Assembly: GCA_937868205.1 (NCBI GenBank)
Contig: CALMMC010000049.1
Coordinates: 423-64,422 of the forward strand
Direction: 5' to 3'
Length of the DNA: 64,000 nucleotides
Origin: an uncultured bacterium
GTDB lineage: Bacteria; Acidobacteriota; Aminicenantia; Aminicenantales; UBA4085
The notes below the pieces were generated by a model, which was given only the letters and a program-made list of their open reading frames with translations, searched no databases and was not told the DNA's origin. The translations under genes and the position numbers were made by a program. This document shows, piece after piece, positions 47,046-55,536 of the stretch (the stretch's first letter is position 1; each line of letters starts with the position of its first letter).

Positions 47046-47564
47046 ATGAAGAAAACCGTCCTTTTCATCCTTCTGGCTGCGGCCGGCGCCGGCTTCGGTC
47101 TCGGACAGGACGTCGTCGTCAAGGACCAAACGCCGTTCGTTTACGCCTACATCGAATGCACCGGCTCGTATTCGCTGATTTCCGCGAAAATCGGCGAGTT
47201 CATGAATGAATATTTCAGCCAAGGCTTGGGATCCTTCACCGGGGTGATGGCCATGTACCTCAACGCCCCCGGCGAGGTTCCGGAGGCCGAGCTGAAGTGG
47301 CGGATCGGCATGCCGATCGGCGCGGACGTCACGCCCCAAGAGCCCCTCCGGAAAGACGAATTCGCTTATCCCAAGGTCGCCTCGTGCCTTCACGTCGGTC
47401 CCTACGACAAGGTCGGCGAAGCCTACCAAAAAATCGGGGCTTATCTCGAACGGAACGGATGGAAAGCCGCGGGGCCGCCGGTGGAATTCTATCTGAATGA
47501 TCCCGGACAAGTCCCGCCCGAAAAGCTCGAGACCGAAATCCTCATCCCCGTCGAGAAAAAGTAG
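47046..47564 (+). CDS. Secreted GyrI-like small-molecule-binding domain protein
   Basis: Signal peptide MKKTVLFILLAAAGAG; AraC-effector-binding/GyrI-like fold pattern. Tentative. Confidence 0.5.
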   Translation: MKKTVLFILLAAAGAGFGLGQDVVVKDQTPFVYAYIECTGSYSLISAKIGEFMNEYFSQGLGSFTGVMAMYLNAPGEVPEAELKWRIGMPIGADVTPQEPLRKDEFAYPKVASCLHVGPYDKVGEAYQKIGAYLERNGWKAAGPPVEFYLNDPGQVPPEKLETEILIPVEKK

Positions 47565-47721
47565 GCCGCCCGGAACATCTCCCGGCACCGCCGCCGGAAG
47601 GGGGGACGGCGTTCCGATCCCGACATCCGATTCCCCCAAGACGCGATTTTCCGCGGCCGAAGGGTTTTCAGAAACCTCCAAATGAATATAATAGGGGGCG
47701 TTCGGAATTCTCGACAGGCGG

Positions 47722-49110
47722 ATGGATATGACCGATTTTGGGTCCAAGAAAAACGATCCCGCCGTTTCGCGACGGTCCTTTTTGAAAACTTCGGCGGCCG
47801 CCGGACTGGGCGCGGCCGTCGGGGGCGCCCTTCTCGCCCGGCCGTCTCCGGACCCGGCCTCCTCCCAGGCTGAATCCCCGGGGCGGCCCGGCGATCTTCC
47901 CGTCGCTCTCATCGGCGCGGGGGAACAGGGCCGCGTCCTCATGGAATCGTGCCTCCGGATCCCCGGGATCCGCATCGCCGCGGTCTGCGACATCTGGTCC
48001 TACAGCCAGCAATACGCCCGGGGCTACCTCCGCAAGTATGGTCAGGATCCGGCGGTCTACGAGGACTACCGCGACCTGCTGGCCAAGGAGAAGGGCCTGG
48101 CCGCGGCGATCGTAGCCACGCCCGACTGGCTTCATGCCGAACAAACCAACGCCTGCCTGGAAAACGGTCTTCATGTCTACTGCGAAAAGGAGATGTCCAA
48201 TTCCCTCGAGAAAGCCCGGACGATGGTCGAAACGGCCCGGCGGACGGGGCGTCTCCTCCAAATCGGCCACCAGCGCCGGTCCAACCCGCGCTATCTTCAC
48301 GCCATCGACCGGCTGATCCGGGACAAGAAGCTCCTCGGCCGGGTCGGCCTGGCCTACGCCCAGTGGAACCGCTCCAAGGCCGACCTTCTCGGCTGGCCGA
48401 AGACCTATCCCATCGATCCGGCCAAGCTGCAGGCCTACGGCTACGCCGATATGACCGAGTTCCGCAACTGGCGCTGGTATAAAAAATTCGGCGGCGGACC
48501 GATCGTCGATCTCGGATCTCACCAGATCGACCTGTTCGCCTGGGTCTTCGGCTGCAACCCGAGCGCGGTCTTCGCCTCCGGCGGGGTGGATTACTACAAG
48601 GGCCGGGAATGGTTCGACAACGTCATGGCCGTCTACGAGTTCCAGACGGCCGAGGGCGCGGCCCGGGCCATGTACCAAGTCCAGACGACGACGAAATACG
48701 GCGGCTTCTACGAAGTCTTCATGGGCGACGACGGGGCGATCCAGATTTCCGAGGTCGCCCAGCGCGGCAACTGGGCCCTCCGGGAGGCCCACGCCCCGGA
48801 GTGGGACTCGCTGGTCAAGGAAGGGCTGCTCCTCTCCGAGGCGCCGGTCATCCAGAAAGTCGACACGAAGAACATTTTCGTCGACGTCCGGGTCACGGCC
48901 GAGGCGGGGCGCTGGCCGTTCCCCGTCGACCTGGCCAAGCCGGCCCACCAGCCCCATCTCGAAAACTTTTTCGACGCCATCCGCCGCGGCACGGCCTTGA
49001 CCTGCCCGGCCTCGCTGGCTTATGAAAGCGCCGTGGCCGTTCTGAAGGTCAACGAGGCCGTCCGGACGAAATCCCTCGTCCGCTTCCGGCCGGGGGACTT
49101 CAAAGCCTGA
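47722..49110 (+). CDS. Tat-exported Gfo/Idh/MocA-family oxidoreductase (second copy in the window)
   Basis: Tat signal SRRSFLKTSAAAGLGAAV; Rossmann GAGEQG; Gfo/Idh/MocA C-terminal domain. Confidence 0.8.
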   Translation: MDMTDFGSKKNDPAVSRRSFLKTSAAAGLGAAVGGALLARPSPDPASSQAESPGRPGDLPVALIGAGEQGRVLMESCLRIPGIRIAAVCDIWSYSQQYARGYLRKYGQDPAVYEDYRDLLAKEKGLAAAIVATPDWLHAEQTNACLENGLHVYCEKEMSNSLEKARTMVETARRTGRLLQIGHQRRSNPRYLHAIDRLIRDKKLLGRVGLAYAQWNRSKADLLGWPKTYPIDPAKLQAYGYADMTEFRNWRWYKKFGGGPIVDLGSHQIDLFAWVFGCNPSAVFASGGVDYYKGREWFDNVMAVYEFQTAEGAARAMYQVQTTTKYGGFYEVFMGDDGAIQISEVAQRGNWALREAHAPEWDSLVKEGLLLSEAPVIQKVDTKNIFVDVRVTAEAGRWPFPVDLAKPAHQPHLENFFDAIRRGTALTCPASLAYESAVAVLKVNEAVRTKSLVRFRPGDFKA

Positions 49111-49114
49111 ATCC

Positions 49115-51481
49115 ATGTCCGCCGTCAAGCCTTCGCGTTTTTCAGGCCGGGCACGGGCCTTCGCCGGACCGGTTCTGGCCGCCGCGGCCGCGGTTGTTTT
49201 CATCCTGGCCCCGGCTGAGGCCGAGACTCCGCCGAAATGGGCCGGAAGCCGGACCCCGGCCGTCCACCGGATTCCTCTCAATGACGAATTCGGCCAGAAG
49301 ATCATCCCCTCGGAACCCAATCCCCTCCCCTTCTCGGCCCGGACGACCTGCGCCCCCTGCCATGATTACGAAACGGTCAAGACCGGCCGGCATTTCAACG
49401 CCGCGTCTCCGGACGCGCCCGCCGGACGGCCGGGAGAGCCGTGGATTTGGCTGGACGAGCGCACCGGAACCCAGATCCCGCTTTCCGAGCGGTCCTGGAA
49501 GGGCGTGTTCAAGCCGGCCGACCTCGGCCTCTCGTCGTGGGATCTGACGCTTCTTTTCGGCCGTCATTTTCCCGGCGGCGGTCCGGCCGAACCCGAACCG
49601 GAGGATGAAACGCCGGACTCGCGCTGGTCCGTCTCGGGCAAGGCGGAAATCAACTGCCTCGGCTGCCACAGCGCCTCCGGCATCCAGAACCACTCCGAGT
49701 GGGCCAAGCAGATCCTACGGGAAAATCTCCGCTGGGCGGCGACGGCGGCCTCGGGTTTGGGCGAAGTCGGCGGCATCGCCTCGCGGCTGGCCGGGACTTG
49801 GGACATCGCCGACGGTCCCAATCCCGACGATTCGGAATGGGCGGTCGCCCCGTTCGTCAAATACGACCGGGCGCTGTTCGATTCGAAGCACCAGGCGTTT
49901 CTCGACATCGCCTACCCGCCCCGGGATTCTTCCTGCCTGGCCTGCCATTCGGCCGCCCCGGCCGGTTCCCGGAAATTCGACTATGAGGGCGACGTCCACG
50001 GCCAAGCCGGCCTCGCCTGCGCGTCCTGCCACCGCAACGACCTCTCCCACCGCATGATCCGGGGCTACGAAGGCGAAGCCGAGGATGACCCCGCTCTCCT
50101 CTCCGCGGATTTCACCTGCGCGGCCTGCCATCTCGGCCGCGAAAAAGATCAAAACGACCCCCCTCTCCCCGGCCGGATGGGCGCGCCCTATCCCCTCCAC
50201 AAGGGCCTCCCTGAAGTGCATATCGAGCGGCTGGCCTGCACCGTCTGCCATTCGGGCCCGCTTCCGGAGAAAGAAGCCGTCCGCGTCCGCACCGCCCGGG
50301 CCAACCGGCTGGGGATCTTCGGGATCGCCGACTGGTCGACTGATCTTCCGGCGATCGTCGAGCCCGTTTACCTCCGGGACGCCCGCGGCAAGCTGACGCC
50401 CCACCGGATGATGTGGCCGGCCTACTGGGGCGTGAAGGAAGGCGGAAAGAAAACGGGCCCGGTCCGGCCTCTCCGCCCGGCCGAAGTCGAAGCCGCGGCT
50501 GGAGACATCCTGTACCCGGACCGAACCGCCGTCCGGATCCTCGCCGCCCTGCAAAACGCCTCCGGCTTGACGGGCAAGGCCGTCTTGTTCGCGGGGGGAA
50601 AAATCTACGAGCCGAATCTTGACGGCGGCTTGACGGCCGTCGTTCCGGAGGCGGGGACGGCCGTCCCCGCCGGCGACGGTTTCGCCGCGCTCGAAAACGG
50701 GCTTCTTACGCCTTTCGTGCCCGACTTCAACCCGGCCGACTCGGAAACAGCCGCGGAAGCGGAAGGCGCGATCCAAACCGCCCTGGAAGCTCTCTTGCTG
50801 ACCGAGGCCGCCCCCGGCGAACCCGCGCTCCGCTTCAAAGGCTTTCTTTACCGGCTGGTCGATGGATTCCTCGATAAAATGGAAAACGCGGAGGCCGCCG
50901 GGACCGGCCCGGAATGGCTGTGGGCCGCCGGGGAAACCCTCCGGCCGATGCTTTCCGAGGCCGATAAAAACGCCGTTTTAACGCTCACCGGAACGGACCG
51001 GCGCCTGACCGAAACGCATGTCGCCCTTGGCCTGGAAGCCCTGGCCCGCGGCGGCCGGGCGAATGCCGTTTACATCTCGGGAGGAAAGCTTTTCCGCCTC
51101 GACAAGAAAAACCGCCTCGAAGCGCTCGACCATCCGGCCGCCGATCCGGTGGCTTGGCCGGTGGCGCACGAGGTTCGGCCGGCCCGCCAAGCCCTGGGTT
51201 GGAACGGCTGCACGGATTGTCACAGCCTGTCATCGAAATTTTTCTTCGCCCGGGTCGACGGCCAAGGGCCGCTTCGAACCGAGAAGATCTCGCGCCGCCC
51301 GGCCTCGTCCTACATGGGCGTCGACAACCTCTACCACCGGCTGTTCGGCCTGTCCTATGCCGGACGGCCGTATTTCAAGATCCTGCTCGGAGCGGCCGCC
51401 CTGGTCATCGGCGCGGTCCTGCTGGCCGCCCTCGTCCTGGCCGCCGGACGGCTCAGCGGCCTGATCGAAAAAAGGAAATAA
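49115..51481 (+). CDS. Heptaheme c-type cytochrome (788 aa) with a C-terminal membrane anchor
   Basis: Seven CxxCH motifs (CAPCH, CLGCH, CLACH, CASCH, CAACH, CTVCH, CTDCH), a signal peptide, and a C-terminal TM helix. Confidence 0.8.
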   Translation: MSAVKPSRFSGRARAFAGPVLAAAAAVVFILAPAEAETPPKWAGSRTPAVHRIPLNDEFGQKIIPSEPNPLPFSARTTCAPCHDYETVKTGRHFNAASPDAPAGRPGEPWIWLDERTGTQIPLSERSWKGVFKPADLGLSSWDLTLLFGRHFPGGGPAEPEPEDETPDSRWSVSGKAEINCLGCHSASGIQNHSEWAKQILRENLRWAATAASGLGEVGGIASRLAGTWDIADGPNPDDSEWAVAPFVKYDRALFDSKHQAFLDIAYPPRDSSCLACHSAAPAGSRKFDYEGDVHGQAGLACASCHRNDLSHRMIRGYEGEAEDDPALLSADFTCAACHLGREKDQNDPPLPGRMGAPYPLHKGLPEVHIERLACTVCHSGPLPEKEAVRVRTARANRLGIFGIADWSTDLPAIVEPVYLRDARGKLTPHRMMWPAYWGVKEGGKKTGPVRPLRPAEVEAAAGDILYPDRTAVRILAALQNASGLTGKAVLFAGGKIYEPNLDGGLTAVVPEAGTAVPAGDGFAALENGLLTPFVPDFNPADSETAAEAEGAIQTALEALLLTEAAPGEPALRFKGFLYRLVDGFLDKMENAEAAGTGPEWLWAAGETLRPMLSEADKNAVLTLTGTDRRLTETHVALGLEALARGGRANAVYISGGKLFRLDKKNRLEALDHPAADPVAWPVAHEVRPARQALGWNGCTDCHSLSSKFFFARVDGQGPLRTEKISRRPASSYMGVDNLYHRLFGLSYAGRPYFKILLGAAALVIGAVLLAALVLAAGRLSGLIEKRK

Positions 51482-51487
51482 GCCGCC

Positions 51488-52186
51488 ATGACCGTCTTCG
51501 TCATCCTTGCCGCCGTCCTTCCCGCCGCCCTCGTCCTCGTCCTGACGGCGAGGCGTTTTGCGTCCTCGATCCCCGCGGCCGAACCGGCGGAAGAGAGAAG
51601 GCGCCCGGCCCCCGGCGCCTATCTCGGCTGGCTCCGGATGCGGCTCAAAGCCCTGGCCGTCCCTTCCTTTTTCCGGAAAACCTGGGATCTTTGGAACGGC
51701 TGGGCCGAAGCCCGTTACCGGGGCTGGACCAAATGGATTTTCCTCGCCTGGGCGGCCGCTTTCCTCTATCTGGCCGGAAGCGGCCTGTTTTTCGCGATTT
51801 TCGTCCGGCGGGGACTCTACGGCCTGCCGCTTCTGGGGCACGTCATGTCCGGCGGATTGTTCGCCGCCGGCCTGGCCGCCGTCTTGATTCTCCGGGCGGG
51901 CGCCCACGGTTTCGACCGCCGGGAGGAGACCGGCCCCGCGGCGTTCGCCGTCCCGTTCGTTGGAACCATATCCAGGGCAATCGTCCGGAAAACCGTATTC
52001 TGGTGGTTCGCCGCGTTCGGCTTCGTCCAGGTGACGACCGCCCTGGCTTCCATGCTTCCGATGTTCACCTTCAACACCCAGGTCGCGCTTCTCATGATTC
52101 ATCGCTTCTCCGCCCTCGGTCTGACGCTCGCGGCGATCGTCTTTTTCGACCTCATCCTCCCCGACCGGGCCGGCCCGCGGGCATGA
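51488..52186 (+). CDS. Polytopic membrane protein (possible cytochrome b-like/quinone-interacting partner)
   Basis: 5-6 TM helices with several conserved His residues. Its stop overlaps the apbE start. Confidence 0.4.
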   Translation: MTVFVILAAVLPAALVLVLTARRFASSIPAAEPAEERRRPAPGAYLGWLRMRLKALAVPSFFRKTWDLWNGWAEARYRGWTKWIFLAWAAAFLYLAGSGLFFAIFVRRGLYGLPLLGHVMSGGLFAAGLAAVLILRAGAHGFDRREETGPAAFAVPFVGTISRAIVRKTVFWWFAAFGFVQVTTALASMLPMFTFNTQVALLMIHRFSALGLTLAAIVFFDLILPDRAGPRA

Positions 52187-53121
52187 GCGCGCCCCCTTCC
52201 GCCGTCCCCCGCTTCGCCCATGAAGCGATGACGACCCTCTTCGAGATTTTCATCCCCGGGCCGGACGAAATCTACGCCGGACAGGCCGCCCGGGAAGCCT
52301 TCCGGGAAATCGACCGGCTGGAGGCGCGGTTCAACCGCTTCGATCCGGGAAGCGAGATTTCCCGGATCAACCGCCTTCTCCCCGGCGAAGAAACGACCGT
52401 CGGGATCGAAACCTTCGAATGTCTCGCCCTGGCCGAAGCCGTTCGCCTCGAAACCGGCGGAGCATTCGACGCCAACGCGCGGGCCGCCGCCCTGGACGCA
52501 TTCGCGGAAGGCCGGGACGCGAAGCCGGAGCCGGCCCCCTTCGAGCTTCTCGGCGGAGCCGGGTCGTGCCTGGTCCGCCGGCTGGAAGAGGAACGGCCGG
52601 GACATGGGCCGATCGACTTGGACCTGGGCGGCATCGGCAAGGGATACGCCCTGGACCGGGCCGGGCAGCTTCTTTTGACCTGGGGGGTCCCGGACGCTCT
52701 CCTCCACGGGGGGACAAGCACGGTTCTGGCTCTCGGCTCGCCCGCGGCCGCCTCCGGGACGGAGCCGAGCCGCGAATCCTCCGAACGGACGGGATGGCCG
52801 GTCGGGATCGGAGCCGGGTGGCCCGGAGCCCCCGAGCGCGTCTTTCTTTCCGGCCGGGCCCTCAGCGGATCGGGAACCGAGGTCAAGGGCGGGCACATCC
52901 TCGATCCCCGGACGGGGCGGCCGGCCCGGGGAAATCTCGCCGCTTGGGCCTCGGCCCCGACGGCCGCGCTGTCCGACGCCCTTTCCACCGCCTTTTTCGT
53001 CATGACGGCCGACGGCGTCGAAGCCTGCGCCGCCCGGAACCCGGAGATCGGAGCCTGCCTGGTCGTCGCCTACGGCGATGTCCGGATTTTCAATCCGCGC
53101 TTTTTCCCCGCCGGCGGATGA
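52183..53121 (+). CDS. apbE: FAD:protein FMN transferase ApbE
   Basis: ApbE-family motifs (…AMTTLFEIFI…, …DLGGIGKGYALD…). ATGA overlap with the upstream gene. Confidence 0.8.
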   Translation: MSAPPSAVPRFAHEAMTTLFEIFIPGPDEIYAGQAAREAFREIDRLEARFNRFDPGSEISRINRLLPGEETTVGIETFECLALAEAVRLETGGAFDANARAAALDAFAEGRDAKPEPAPFELLGGAGSCLVRRLEEERPGHGPIDLDLGGIGKGYALDRAGQLLLTWGVPDALLHGGTSTVLALGSPAAASGTEPSRESSERTGWPVGIGAGWPGAPERVFLSGRALSGSGTEVKGGHILDPRTGRPARGNLAAWASAPTAALSDALSTAFFVMTADGVEACAARNPEIGACLVVAYGDVRIFNPRFFPAGG

Positions 53122-53213
53122 GGCTCCGCCTGTTCAAAATCCGGACGAAAATCCAGGTTCGCGCTTGAAGGCGCCCGCCTCCCAGGTTATATTAAGAAGT
53201 GAAGGAGTTTCCG

Positions 53214-53894
53214 ATGAAGTCATACGCTCCCGCCGCGGCCTTAGCGGCCGCCCTGCTCATCCTCGTCCCCGTTTACGCCTCCCTGTCCGCCCAGGATTCG
53301 GACAAAGAAGAGCTCAAGCTCAAGCTCCCGAAGCCGATGTTCATCGGAACCCCCCGCAACATCAAAACAGCCAACCTCGAGACGATCACGGGGAAATCCC
53401 GCGGCCCGTTCTTCGTTCCCAAGGGCACCCGCCTGCTTTCGGCCGGGAAAGCCGTCCTTTCCAGCGACATGCAGCCGGTCATCGGCGACTTGGGCTTTGT
53501 CGTCGACGGCGAGAAATCCGGCGAGGACGGGTATTTCGTCGAGCTCGGCCCGGGACGGCAGTGGGTCCAGATCGACCTCGGGAAAACCGCCGCCCTTCAC
53601 GCGATCCTGATCTGGCACTACCACAGCCAGGCCCGGGTATACCGGGACGTCGTCGTCCAAGCCTCCGACGACAAGGATTTCCGCGGCAACGTCCTCACCG
53701 TGTACAACAACGATCATGACAACACCCTCGGCTTCGGTCCGGGCAAGGACAAGGAATACATCGAAACCAACGAAGGCCGCCTGATCGATCCCAAGGGCGC
53801 CGCGGCCCGGTACCTCCGGCTGCATTCGAACGGCAACACTTCGAACGACATGAACCATTACGTCGAAGTAGAGGTCTACGGCATTCTCAAATGA
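53214..53894 (+). CDS. Secreted discoidin/F5-8 type C-like domain protein
   Basis: Signal peptide and a beta-sandwich region (…QWVQIDLGK…LIWHYH…) reminiscent of the F5/8 type C fold. Confidence 0.5.
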   Translation: MKSYAPAAALAAALLILVPVYASLSAQDSDKEELKLKLPKPMFIGTPRNIKTANLETITGKSRGPFFVPKGTRLLSAGKAVLSSDMQPVIGDLGFVVDGEKSGEDGYFVELGPGRQWVQIDLGKTAALHAILIWHYHSQARVYRDVVVQASDDKDFRGNVLTVYNNDHDNTLGFGPGKDKEYIETNEGRLIDPKGAAARYLRLHSNGNTSNDMNHYVEVEVYGILK

Positions 53895-55477
53895 AACGCG
53901 CCGCGCTCGGCGTTCTATTTCTCGCGGCCCTGGCCGCGGCCTTCTTTTTCCGCTTGACCAGCCTGGATCTCCGGCCGATGCATCATGATGAAGCCAACCA
54001 GGCGGTCAAATTCGGCGCGCTTCTGGAACGCGGCGAGTACCGTTACGACAAAACCGACCATCACGGCCCGGCGCTTTACTACCTGACCTTGCCCGCGGCC
54101 AAGGCCGCCGGGCGGGCCAAGCTCGCCGACCTCGACGAAATGCTTCTGCGGACCGTCCCGGCTGTCTTCGGAGGCGCCCTTCTTCTCCTCCTTCTCTTCT
54201 TCGGCCGGAGCCTGGCGGACGAAGCCCGGGCGCTGGCCGCCCTTTTCCTCGCCGTTTCTCCCGCGATGACGTATTACAGCCGATTTTACATCCAGGAGAT
54301 GTGTTTCGCCTTTTTTGTCCTGGGATTCCTGGTCTCCTTGTGGCGGTACCTCGTCCGGCCGGACGGCGGAGGATCTCTTTTCGCCGGCGTCTTCGCCGGC
54401 CTGATGGCCGCGACGAAAGAGACGGCGGTGATCGTGTTCGCCGCGGCCGCCCTGGGCGTGGCCGCCGTCCTGACGCGGGAGAGACTCATCGCCCCGAAAT
54501 CGGACACGCCCATCCGGAGACGCTTTTTCGCCCGGCACTTCATCATTCTCCTCATCGTCGCGGCGGCCGTCGCGGCCGCCTTCTTTTCCTCCTTCGGGTC
54601 TCATCCGGCCGGGATCAAGGACGCCGCCGACGCCCTGAAGATCTACGTGGAAAAAGGGAGCGCCGCCCCGGGGTTCCACGGCCATCCGTTTTTTTATTAT
54701 CTCGGGATCCTGGCCGGCTCCGCCTCCGGGGGACTCGTCTGGACCGAGCTTCTCGTCCTTCTTCTCGGGGCGGCCGGAATGGTTTTCGTTTTCCTCCCCC
54801 ATCGGCGGAGCTTTCTGGACGAAATCCCCGATCCGCTTCCGGTCGACCGCTCTCTCGGCCTTTTCCTCGTCGTCTACACGCTTGCGGCCACGCTGGCTTT
54901 TTCCCTCCTCGGCTACAAAACCCCCTGGAACATGATTCCCTTTTATCTCGGCTGGCTGATTTTTGCCGGGATCGGCGGAATCACGCTGTTCCGGATGATG
55001 AAAACGCTTCCCCTCCGGGCCGCCGTCCTCCTGGTCCTGGCGGCCGGTCTGGGCCATCTCGCCGGACAAAGCCGCCTGGCCTGTGTCCGCTACCCGGCCG
55101 ATCCCCGCAATCCTTACGTCTACGCCCAGACCAGCCCCGATTTCCTGAAGCTTGTCGGACGGGTGGAGGCCCTGGCCGCCGTCCATCCAGAGGGACGGAA
55201 CCTCCTCGTCAAGGTCGTGGCCGAACCTTATGAACAGTGGCCTCTGCCGTGGTATCTCCGGGAGTATAAAACCGTCGGTTATTGGACCGAGGCGGAAGCG
55301 GCGGGGAATCTCGGCGCGGCCGACCTGGTCATTGCCTCCGCCGAGCGGGCCGAGGACGTCGAAAACGCGCTCGGACGACCGTCCATCGTCGAACATTACG
55401 GCCTTCGCCCGGGAGTCCTCCTGACCCTTTTCATTCCTCCCGGCCTCTGGGAGGCGTTCATGAAAAGCCGGGGTTAG
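53891..55477 (+). CDS. GT39/GT83-like membrane glycosyltransferase (TIGR03663/Agl23-like, dolichyl/undecaprenyl-phosphate-sugar dependent)
   Basis: About 10 TM helices with an early DE motif (…PMHHDEANQ…). 4-nt overlap with the upstream gene. Confidence 0.55.
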   Translation: MKRAALGVLFLAALAAAFFFRLTSLDLRPMHHDEANQAVKFGALLERGEYRYDKTDHHGPALYYLTLPAAKAAGRAKLADLDEMLLRTVPAVFGGALLLLLLFFGRSLADEARALAALFLAVSPAMTYYSRFYIQEMCFAFFVLGFLVSLWRYLVRPDGGGSLFAGVFAGLMAATKETAVIVFAAAALGVAAVLTRERLIAPKSDTPIRRRFFARHFIILLIVAAAVAAAFFSSFGSHPAGIKDAADALKIYVEKGSAAPGFHGHPFFYYLGILAGSASGGLVWTELLVLLLGAAGMVFVFLPHRRSFLDEIPDPLPVDRSLGLFLVVYTLAATLAFSLLGYKTPWNMIPFYLGWLIFAGIGGITLFRMMKTLPLRAAVLLVLAAGLGHLAGQSRLACVRYPADPRNPYVYAQTSPDFLKLVGRVEALAAVHPEGRNLLVKVVAEPYEQWPLPWYLREYKTVGYWTEAEAAGNLGAADLVIASAERAEDVENALGRPSIVEHYGLRPGVLLTLFIPPGLWEAFMKSRG

Positions 55478-55536
55478 AGGCCGCGGCCAAGGCTCCGGGT
55501 GGATTCCCCAGCCGGCCGCGCATCCAAGACGGCCGG

